Source: a virus
DNA length: 60,995 nt
Reading direction: 5' to 3' (one strand)
Virus record (IMG/VR): IMGVR_UViG_3300029619_000004
Shown here: positions 19,087-26,582 of the stretch, piece after piece
Position numbering within the stretch: the first letter of the stretch is position 1
Layout of the letters: each line of letters begins with the position of its first letter
Notes under the pieces: model-generated
Databases searched by the model: none
What the model was told of the DNA's origin: nothing
What the model saw: only the letters and a program-made list of their open reading frames with translations
Translations under genes and position numbers: made by a program

Positions 19087-19281
19087 TTACACCTCAATAC
19101 CGTATTCACTAAAATAGTTTGCAATATTTTCTGGGATTTCTACACCCATTTCCTTTGCCTTTTTAAGTGATTCTATTTCTTCATCAGTCGGCGCATTTGC
19201 AAGTCTGAACCATTGTTCTTTATCAAGTGTCCTACATTGTAAAGCGTTTTCAAAATCTGTGGTATCATAGTTTTCTTTCAT
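19087..19281 (-). CDS. hypothetical acidic protein
   Basis: AGGAGAG RBS. First ORF after the noncoding region. Confidence 0.5.
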   Translation of the reverse strand: MKENYDTTDFENALQCRTLDKEQWFRLANAPTDEEIESLKKAKEMGVEIPENIANYFSEYGIEV

Positions 19282-19522
19282 TTTCTCTCCTATCTATGCA
19301 GTTTCCGTAGGCGGTTCGGACTACAAACAACACCTACGGTACTTGCAAAAATCAGAATGGCAGGAATCGAACCCTGTCAACCCAAACCATGCCAACCGCT
19401 TTCAAATCTGCAATTTCTAATCACGGAAGTGTTTGCTGTTTCCAATGATACCACTACCATCCATAAGTCTCCCATCGACCGGAACTATTGCAGTAGCACC
19501 CGACTAAGTGGAGATAAGGAAT

Positions 19523-19663
19523 TGATGTGGTGAGGATTTGAACCTCACATGATTGATTTCTGAAAGCTGCTTGTTGCTAATTACGGACAATCTCCGCTTA
19601 TTACTCGGCAAACATGCTATCAATCAGTTTCTTTGCTTGCGTTTACCCATTCCGCCACACATC
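19523..19663 (-). ncRNA. tRNA-like element with a long irregular hairpin in place of the anticodon arm
   Basis: The minus RNA has an acceptor GAUGUG(U)/CCACAUC, a D-arm-like GCGG-AAUGGGUAAA-CGC, a perfect T-arm UGAGG-UUCAAAU-CCUCA, and a roughly 75-nt arm closed by GAUUGAU/AUCAAUC. No 7-nt anticodon loop is found. Confidence 0.4.
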
Positions 19664-19762
19664 TACCACTTGCGTAGTAACTATTTAAGCTATTGCCACT
19701 AAGAATTATTAAGTAAAGGGGAATCCGACTGTAACGGTCATATCTGCGTAAGCTATGGTTCG

Positions 19763-19834
19763 GGTTTTCACCAAGCGGTCAAGTGTTGTGGGATTTCACT
19801 CGACCGATACCAGCCGGACGGTCTCTCACCGCCC
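19763..19834 (-). other. GC-rich three-way-junction fold plus GNRA hairpin (unclassified RNA structure)
   Basis: Minus RNA GGGCGGU/ACCGCUU encloses the hairpins GACCG..CGGUC and AGUG..CACU. GGU-GAAA-ACC follows directly. Confidence 0.3.
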
Positions 19835-19935
19835 TTAACAGTAGTCCTAACTGGTGTAGAGGAGATTACATACCTATCTCGGAAGAAAAGGTAAATGGTG
19901 TGTACGTCCTGTCCAAAATGCTAAAAACAGGACAA

Positions 19936-19982
19936 CGGTAACGGTAGGAGTCGAACCTACATAACCGTTTGAGTACGTTACC
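19936..19982 (-). ncRNA. tRNA-like acceptor/T-arm minihelix (47 nt)
   Basis: The minus RNA reads GGUAACG-UA-13nt-GUAGG-UUCGACU-CCUAC-CGUUACC-G. That gives a perfect 7-bp acceptor, U8A9, and a perfect T-arm with a canonical T-loop. There is no D or anticodon arm. Confidence 0.5.
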
Positions 19983-20175
19983 TAGATTCTTGTTTTATAA
20001 AAAGTAGCCCTGCATGAATTATCAAAAAATGAAATTCTATTGAAAAATTCTTTTCTTTGTATACCATGTTATCTATAGCAATCCAAATTGTTGGTATAAC
20101 CGCTATTTGATTTTTGGAAATGCAAAATCCTTTTCTTTCTAACCGATACATAACAAGTCTACCTTTCTGCCAGTT

Positions 20176-20382
20176 CTATGTATTTCCCGAGATACCATCA
20201 TTTTCTCTCTTATCCCTGTGTTCAAATTGGCATTCCAACATCTTTGATATGTTCTGTCGGTCACATTTGATACCATGCCCCTGTCGGAACAATTCGCATT
20301 CTAAGACTTTACCGCATCTTGAACAATCGTCTGTGATTTGCTTGCCGAAGATTAACATGGCTATGACTGCTACTAAAAACAT
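20176..20382 (-). CDS. possible small membrane-anchored Cys-rich protein (weak)
   Basis: The only 60+ aa minus-strand ORF in the 1.9-kb gap. It has an N-terminal hydrophobic helix plus CSRCG...C...C, but no recognisable RBS. Confidence 0.25.
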   Translation of the reverse strand: MFLVAVIAMLIFGKQITDDCSRCGKVLECELFRQGHGIKCDRQNISKMLECQFEHRDKRENDGISGNT

Positions 20383-21050
20383 ATACAAATGTATATGCTA
20401 GATGATTCGCTACAATCTCACAATTTGTAGTTACTGCTTCTTTGTGTATGCTTTGGTGGTCGCAAGTGACACACTACTCACAAGTTCTTGTACACTCCAC
20501 AGTCGTAAATTCCCGACTAAGCCATCGGTACATACCTATAAATTCTTTTTTATTGATTAGATATAGGTTTTAATCTAAATAGCTTTTCCTTTCTTAATAT
20601 TTTTTTGCTACTTGGTTTTCGTAGACTCACACCGTTACTCAATCTTTACCATCAAGGTTCTACCCTATAGTTAACAAGACTTTTTCAACTTGTACTGGCT
20701 TATATTTCCTAAGATTTCAGTGGTTTTAAGTTACCAACTAATACTCTGGATTTTGAGTATCTTTGAGTACATTGACTCACATTTAATTCTGTTTTTAGTT
20801 ACTTATATTTCCTCCTTTTTGTTTTTGAAAATTCACCATTTACCAGCCTTGTGTAAAATCCATCAGCATTACAATTAACTGAACAAACATTTCCCAAGGA
20901 TTTTGTAAAACTTTACTGCTTCAACTTTGTTCTTTTAGCTTTGATAGAAATAAGCTTTGATTTTTGAGTTTTAAGCATTGAACTTTACCCTTTAATCTTT
21001 ACAGTAAATTTTTGTTTGTAAATTGCCTATACCAGTTCGGCTATGACTCT

Positions 21051-21120
21051 ATCCCGAATCAGTTGGATTTGAACCAACAAAACATTTACCCATTCCTTAT
21101 GCAAAAGAAAAGTTTTCGGG
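21051..21120 (-). ncRNA. degenerate tRNA-like element
   Basis: Perfect T-arm GUUGG-UUCAAAU-CCAAC. The D-loop-like GGAAUGGGUAAA is shared with element 19523-19663. It has only a 6-bp CCCGAA/UUCGGG closing helix and no anticodon arm. Confidence 0.3.
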
Positions 21121-21203
21121 TTTCTTTTTGTTTGCATAAGTCTATGCCCGAAAAAGACTTATGAATTGTAGTTTAGGATTTTCAGTAAACAGTGAATGTA
21201 ATG

Positions 21204-21851
21204 TTAGTATTCTATCGTAATTTCTGTCAGTGCATTGGAAACTGATAACTGTGAATCAACCTCTGTCAAAAATCCAGATGTAATTTTGTCAATATCATCA
21301 ATTTTCTCAAGTACACCGATAGGGTCTACCAGTTCAAACTGGTTAGAAGTTATGAAATCATTTCTGACTTTCTCAATATCCGCAGCATTTGTTTTGCTGT
21401 CTTTCTGACCGTAGATAGCAGTTACATACTGGTCTGCTCTTTCTTCAAGACCGTTTCCATTTTCTTTTGATATTGTTGCCTGTGCCTTTGTGTAATCTCT
21501 CTTCATGGCGCTTGAAAGTCTCTGCTCAAATTCTATGCCATGGTTTTTCATTTCTATTGCTTCTGCAACTGTATATTCAACGCCGCACACGCTAACTTTT
21601 GTAACCGCATTAGAAAGAACCACAGCACGTTTAATAGCTTTTCTCCTGTTGATCAAGTCAACAGCCTTATCGTAGTAAGACCTGATATTCTTTTCAATTT
21701 GCGTAACGTCAGTTCCAGCAACCTTATCTGTCGAATGTTTCTTAGCGCAACAGTAAACAGGCGTATTAATAGCCGTTTCAATTCTTGCATCTAACACCTT
21801 TAATTCTGACAGTGCCTTGTGGATAGTCATCGTTTCTCTTGTCATTTTCAC
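21204..21851 (-). CDS. hypothetical protein (215 aa)
   Basis: Long ORF with good coding appearance. No motif recognised. Confidence 0.6.
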   Translation of the reverse strand: MKMTRETMTIHKALSELKVLDARIETAINTPVYCCAKKHSTDKVAGTDVTQIEKNIRSYYDKAVDLINRRKAIKRAVVLSNAVTKVSVCGVEYTVAEAIEMKNHGIEFEQRLSSAMKRDYTKAQATISKENGNGLEERADQYVTAIYGQKDSKTNAADIEKVRNDFITSNQFELVDPIGVLEKIDDIDKITSGFLTEVDSQLSVSNALTEITIEY

Positions 21852-22140
21852 ATACCTCCGTAAACTTTATATTGCATATATGCCTTTTTTATTTTTGAAA
21901 AATTTTTAGAAATAGGGTGTCTGGATAATTAATATCTGCGTGTTGGATAAGGGCTTTTTGTTTATCGGGTGGTTTTGCTGACTTAGTAGGGGCTGTCTCG
22001 TCCGTTCTTCCGACCCCCTCCCCCATGCCTGTCAGGTTCATTCCATCAATCAAACATACGTTAACTATTCGCAAAATATTAATTTTCCGCACTCTTTAAT
22101 ACCATTGATAAAACCTTGAAACCCTTATAAACACTGCATT

Positions 22141-22794
22141 CTAGCTGTTTTCCTTATCTTCCAGTACTGCATTGTTGTCCTGTATCTGTACAATAGTGCC
22201 ATTAATTGCACCAAATAACGGCAATTTCGACGCTGGTAGAGCTGCATCAAATGTCTTTTCCCTGCTAACGCCAGGCAGATTCCACTGGTAATGCCTATTA
22301 AGGATTGCCAGTATACCTACTGGGTTCTTGTTCCCTGTGGCAAGCTTATCGCTTAAAGATTCCTCTCGATACTCATATAGTTTTTTGTATACGACAAATC
22401 CCTCTTGACTTAGCTTCCCGTTATTATTCCCCCAGTTATTAATGTTTTCTGTATCTATTCCTGTAATATTACTAAATCCTATGATAGATACCTCTTTATC
22501 ATACAGGAAACATAAATCTATATATATATCACATATATTATTTACTAACTCATAATTATACCTGTTGTAATTACTAGGCATAATATTGCTAGATATATTA
22601 ATATTAGTCTTAGCTTTAAGTATATCCTTAACCGGGAAGACGATCTTACGGATATACCTTAACGCAGCATTCCAGACACTCTGAGATTCTTTCTTTAAAT
22701 CCTCTATGCTGTGCGACTCACAGAACATAGATAGAGCCATAGCTATATCATTTTCATATACTTCCATTCCGTCCTGTTCTGTTACCTTCTCCAT
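22141..22794 (-). CDS. terminase small subunit-like protein
   Basis: C-terminal ATGNKNPVGILAILNRHYQWNLPG resembles the conserved terS tail (G.IF.LKN..GW). AAGGAG lies upstream of ATG 22794. It sits about 6.7 kb from terL. Confidence 0.4.
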   Translation of the reverse strand: MEKVTEQDGMEVYENDIAMALSMFCESHSIEDLKKESQSVWNAALRYIRKIVFPVKDILKAKTNINISSNIMPSNYNRYNYELVNNICDIYIDLCFLYDKEVSIIGFSNITGIDTENINNWGNNNGKLSQEGFVVYKKLYEYREESLSDKLATGNKNPVGILAILNRHYQWNLPGVSREKTFDAALPASKLPLFGAINGTIVQIQDNNAVLEDKENS

Positions 22795-23270
22795 GCTCCT
22801 GATCATCTCCTTAGAAAAATAAAAAAGCCGAGAAACAAAACTAAAAAACACTAGCACTGTTTAAATGCTATATGCTTTCACGCCTTGCTCTCGGCAATTC
22901 TTTAGAATAAACGGTTATGTAAACCGTCCTATAAATCTTAATCGTGTATAGCTCTCGTATGAGCTTATATACATAATAAAACACATTTTATAAAAATGCA
23001 ATAGGTTTTTTAAAAAAATTATCCAGTAGGTAAACGGTTAATATATCCGCAAATGGAAATTTAAACCGATAATAAAAATCTGTCTTTAAATCCAAAATTT
23101 AAAACTGTTTTGCACTTAACAGGAAAATTTTTGTTGTCTCGCGCGTATACGCGATACATAACCTATACTATCCTAACCTAACCTAACCTATACTATACTA
23201 CGGATACAAGCTGTATACATTTTGTATCCATAACGGTTAAATCGGTTAAAATTTGGAAACATTTATAGGT

Positions 23271-23729
23271 TTAAAATGGTGGTTTATCTGGTATTTGTAT
23301 GTCGGTCAGTGTTGGCTTTTGCTCTACAGGCTTAACAATACATGTCTTCCTTGCGTTTATCTCTTCCTGTAGCTTCAATAACCGCATACGGTTGTCTGTC
23401 TCTTCCTGTTCTGTCGGCACATGCTTCTTAAATGCCCCAAAATCAATTTTAATATCGTTGTCGATAATTTCATCGTCAAATTCATTTTCATTCGTCCTAG
23501 ACGATTCTGTGACGTTTGAGAGGTATTCTGCATTGTTACATAAACCATAATTAGCAAGCCTATCATCAATACAGCTATTTATGAACTCTGTTATAGTTCT
23601 ATATCCATGCTCTTTAGCTATATTATTAATATATTCCTTATCACCTGTCTTACGTAATATAGTTATTCTATCATATCTTTCTTTTTGGTAATCATTGATA
23701 TAGTTATAAACGGCTTTCTTTTTATCCAT
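23271..23729 (-). CDS. ribbon-helix-helix-like regulator candidate
   Basis: N-terminal YDRITILRKTGDKEYINNIAKEHGYRTITEFINSCI fits an RHH pattern. The gene is flanked by palindromic operators. Confidence 0.45.
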   Translation of the reverse strand: MDKKKAVYNYINDYQKERYDRITILRKTGDKEYINNIAKEHGYRTITEFINSCIDDRLANYGLCNNAEYLSNVTESSRTNENEFDDEIIDNDIKIDFGAFKKHVPTEQEETDNRMRLLKLQEEINARKTCIVKPVEQKPTLTDIQIPDKPPF

Positions 23730-23750
23730 AATCTAACCACTCCTTTATAT

Positions 23751-23852
23751 AGTTATAACTTATTTGTAACTATATATAATTATAGCGCATATTCCCTTTA
23801 AATACAATGTTTTTGTGTATAGTTATAACTTAGTTATAAATTAGTTATAACT
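23751..23852. promoter_or_regulatory. three perfect AGTTATAACT palindromes around a minus-strand TTGTAT-17-TATAAT promoter
   Basis: Palindromes at 23751-60, 23821-30 and 23843-52. The -10 is at 23779-84 and the -35 at 23802-07, read on the minus strand. Confidence 0.5.
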
Positions 23853-23965
23853 ATATATGCATGTTATATATGCACGCTATGTATAATGCAAACAAAAGCA
23901 CCCTCATTTTAAAGGTGCTTTCTCCGAAGTAAACTAATTGCTTTGCATATATTAAGCTAGTTAAT

Positions 23966-24232
23966 TTATTCTTCCACTTTTCCAAAGACCGCTTCGTATT
24001 GATCTCCGTCTAATACTTTTTCTGCAAAATCTTTGGCATCATCTTCTACTATTGGTTCTATCCAAACTTTTTTATCTTCCGTAAATTTTTCACACAAGAA
24101 ATAAAATTCTCCTGTTTTCTTTTTATATAGTGTAACTTTGGAATATGGTTGCTCGTCCTCATATTCTATATTTTTGGCTACCACTGTAGCCGTATCTGTA
24201 TCGTACATTTTACCGTTTATGACCTTACGCAT
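23966..24232 (-). CDS. hypothetical protein
   Basis: AGGAGG RBS ahead of ATG 24232 (MRKVINGKMYDTDTA...). Confidence 0.5.
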   Translation of the reverse strand: MRKVINGKMYDTDTATVVAKNIEYEDEQPYSKVTLYKKKTGEFYFLCEKFTEDKKVWIEPIVEDDAKDFAEKVLDGDQYEAVFGKVEE

Positions 24233-24242
24233 TAAATACCTC

Positions 24243-24527
24243 CTATCTTTCAATACCACACTTCTTCATAAGTTTCTGTATGTTCCTTTCCATATTAACT
24301 TCTAATGGAAGGACAGTAACCAATTCCACACCATTATCTGCGCAAAACCTCTTTAAGAGGTTTAACCCATCAGTGAGTAATTTATAGCGCATGAACCCAC
24401 TGCAATGTGTAGCCGGGAACTTTCCAAATAATTTCTTTTCATTATTCTTGTTAAAATCCTCTAACTTTTGGACAAGATTATCTCTTGTCCAAGTATAAAA
24501 ATAAATATTGTCTGTTACAATTTTCAT
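24243..24527 (-). CDS. hypothetical protein
   Basis: GGAGGA RBS ahead of ATG 24527. Confidence 0.5.
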   Translation of the reverse strand: MKIVTDNIYFYTWTRDNLVQKLEDFNKNNEKKLFGKFPATHCSGFMRYKLLTDGLNLLKRFCADNGVELVTVLPLEVNMERNIQKLMKKCGIER

Positions 24528-24575
24528 GTGCAAATCCTCCTTTACTTAATTTATATTATAAAATGTAAATACTAA

Positions 24576-24812
24576 TTAAGCAATCTTAAATCTAACAGAG
24601 TAAATCCAAGTGTTAAAGTGATCCATGGATATAAATTTTAAGTAATCCTCAAAACCTTCAACCACTTCCCATGCTGAGAAAAAACCTTTTGCGTATTCTT
24701 TATAATTATTATTTGGCTCTATATCAATATAATTGCCTTTCTTATGTACTTCATGTCCTCTTTTCTGCATTTCTTTTTTAAATAATTCGTAATTAAACAT
24801 ATTGCTAACCAT
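24576..24812 (-). CDS. hypothetical protein
   Basis: Minus-strand ORF. The start is uncertain (ATG 24812 or 24800). Confidence 0.45.
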   Translation of the reverse strand: MVSNMFNYELFKKEMQKRGHEVHKKGNYIDIEPNNNYKEYAKGFFSAWEVVEGFEDYLKFISMDHFNTWIYSVRFKIA

Positions 24813-24836
24813 TCAGATACATGTTATAATGTATCT

Positions 24837-24896
24837 GCCTTTCTTTTTGTTGGGTAGCGGTTGCGTTGACTTGGTAGGTTGTGCAACCGCTTTTTA
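24837..24896 (+). ncRNA. candidate about 60-nt antisense sRNA
   Basis: A plus-strand TTGCTA(24802-07)-17-TGtTATAAT(24825-30) promoter is followed by the terminator GCGGTTGC-18nt-GCAACCGC plus TTTTT (24857-24895). Confidence 0.3.
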
Positions 24897-24898
24897 AT

Positions 24899-25213
24899 TT
24901 ATAGATTCTCCTGTTTTTCTTTATCCATTATTTCGATAATTCTTTTTATTCTCTTCTCATCCTTTTGCAAAGCTTCTATTTGCTTTTTTGTTGCTTTAAG
25001 GATAATTTTGTTTGCATTGCACTTGTTTTTAACAAGGCACATGTTTCTTATTGCTTCGTCTACCGTATCGCCACGGCTCAAAAGCTCATCTTTGCTATGA
25101 TGCCCCATGATATATGTAACATCATAGCCATCTATAGCAACTACTGTTATTTTCTGGGGCGTTGTTCCGTGCCCTTTAAATAACTTGTAATAGTTTCCGT
25201 ATAGTTCTATCAC
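24899..25213 (-). CDS. hypothetical protein
   Basis: Compact 104-aa minus-strand ORF. Confidence 0.5.
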   Translation of the reverse strand: MIELYGNYYKLFKGHGTTPQKITVVAIDGYDVTYIMGHHSKDELLSRGDTVDEAIRNMCLVKNKCNANKIILKATKKQIEALQKDEKRIKRIIEIMDKEKQENL

Positions 25214-25234
25214 TGTTATCCATCCTCTCTCTTT

Positions 25235-25642
25235 TTACAAAATGATCTCTCCGTTGCACTCTATGTACAGCTCGTTACTGTAATTCCAGTAATCATAAGC
25301 ATCTTTTAAGTTGTCAAAAGTTGCAACTTTATCAAAGCTGTTGTTATCAACAACAGCAAACACCATTTCGGACGTTGCCCATGTGTCTTTATACTCACCG
25401 TCTCCGTCCTCATCGTATTCATATTCCTCTATAACATATTCTGTTACGAGGAATAAATGTGGATACTGGTGTACAGTTGATTTGTACTCTTTTAGAGCTT
25501 CTCTTGCTTCTTCCAGAGTAGCGAAAGAAGCTACATTTTCACTACCTACAGAATCATAATCAAACGTAATGTCCTGTTTGATCTTAAACCTGTCTTTAAA
25601 TGGCACTTCTATCTCACTACTATTAATTTCATATTTCTTCAT
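25235..25642 (-). CDS. hypothetical acidic protein
   Basis: 135-aa ORF with a GGAGACGGAAAC RBS region. Confidence 0.5.
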   Translation of the reverse strand: MKKYEINSSEIEVPFKDRFKIKQDITFDYDSVGSENVASFATLEEAREALKEYKSTVHQYPHLFLVTEYVIEEYEYDEDGDGEYKDTWATSEMVFAVVDNNSFDKVATFDNLKDAYDYWNYSNELYIECNGEIIL

Positions 25643-25707
25643 GTTTCCGTCTCCTTCTAATTTTAAATTTTTATTGACTAATCAAACCAATTATAATACT
25701 ATATATA

Positions 25708-25826
25708 CATAGCTTTGCTATGGTGTAGCATCCATGACGTGCTACACAGTCGCCACAGTCTACGGTGTGGCGTTGGATTGAAATAATATTTTTTAGGAAT
25801 TGGTACAGAATAGTCTGTACCTTTTT
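25708..25826 (+). ncRNA. candidate structured sRNA (four hairpins, plus-strand terminator)
   Basis: Hairpins are CATAGC-ttt-GCTATG, GTGTAGCA..TGCTACAC and CGCCACA..TGTGGCG, then GGTACAG-aatagt-CTGTACC plus TTTTT. A weak TTGACT promoter lies upstream at 25674. Confidence 0.3.
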
Positions 25827-26132
25827 CTATTCCATGCATCCGTCTTTTAAAAATTTGAATCCGGCTGGATTTTCTTCTATCAGTCCTTCATCTTCCAAAA
25901 ACTCTAAACATTTGCTGTAGAAATAATTCAAGTTTTCTTCCCATGTTCCTGTCATCCACTTGGCATGAGTAATTTTAAATTCAGCGAATACATTATATTC
26001 TGGATATTTTTTGTCAGAAAAGCTAACATGGTCTGAATAAATGTTAGCAGAACTTACAAAAGCATATATTTTTGTAGTTGTCTTGCTTTCTTTTTTGATA
26101 TCCTTGTCTAAATCAATTACATATTTTCTCAT
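25827..26132 (-). CDS. hypothetical protein
   Basis: 101-aa minus-strand ORF. Confidence 0.5.
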   Translation of the reverse strand: MRKYVIDLDKDIKKESKTTTKIYAFVSSANIYSDHVSFSDKKYPEYNVFAEFKITHAKWMTGTWEENLNYFYSKCLEFLEDEGLIEENPAGFKFLKDGCME

Positions 26133-26187
26133 GGTTTCCTGTCTCCTCTCTTTGCTTGTTTCCTGTTCCTTGACTATAATATAGCAT

Positions 26188-26582
26188 ATTAGTGCTTAAT
26201 TGTCAACACTTAATTAGTGCTTAATTCAAATTATTTTTTCATTTTGTCCATTCTTGCCAGTTCTTCTAATATTAACTGTCTCGCAAATGCGCTTGTTTTT
26301 AATCCATATGCATTTATTCTGTCTACTGTGCCTTGCGGTAATATTATGTTTATTCTGTCTCTGCTTTCCATACATTTTTTTACTGCTTGCCTGTTTTTTA
26401 GCACTTTCTCATTTTCTGTTACTGCCATGCTTCAAACCTCCTTTGCATTGTTATAACTACATTATATATATTAGTGCTTAAATAGTCAATAACTTTTTAG
26501 TGCTTAATAATGATGCACAATTTCTGATATGATATTAGTGCTTAATTTTGTGTGTTTTGTCAATATACATTAGTGCTTAATT
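26188..26582 (+). repeat. six direct copies of TTAGTGCTTAA(T/A)(T/A) flanking the RHH gene
   Basis: Copies start near 26189, 26214, 26471, 26497, 26535 and 26570, all in the same orientation. The last two overlap the plus-operon promoter. Confidence 0.7.
26231..26428 (-). CDS. ribbon-helix-helix (Arc/CopG-like) DNA-binding protein
   Basis: RINIILPQGTVDRINAYGLKTSAFARQLILEEL fits a beta-strand/helix/helix pattern. Confidence 0.55.
   Translation of the reverse strand: MAVTENEKVLKNRQAVKKCMESRDRINIILPQGTVDRINAYGLKTSAFARQLILEELARMDKMKK

Noticed and set aside
19355-19462. T-arm-like GGGTTCGATTCC sequence, considered as a tRNA gene
   Set aside because: The T stem gives only 3 pairs, the acceptor gives 6 of 9, and no D or anticodon arm could be folded. 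It is treated as degenerate tRNA-like sequence and is mentioned only within the noncoding-region finding.
19282-21203. Canonical tRNA genes, tmRNA, or group I/II introns in the ORF-poor region
   Set aside because: No element folds into a full cloverleaf with a 7-nt anticodon loop. I found no tmRNA-type 5'/3' ends or tag ORF, no group II domain V-like hairpin, and the inserts are too short for group I introns. This needs covariance-model confirmation.
23172-23190. (CCTAA)3 telomere-like tandem repeat
   Set aside because: Only about 3.8 units in a circular genome. It is kept as part of the repeat-rich noncoding region, not as a telomere.
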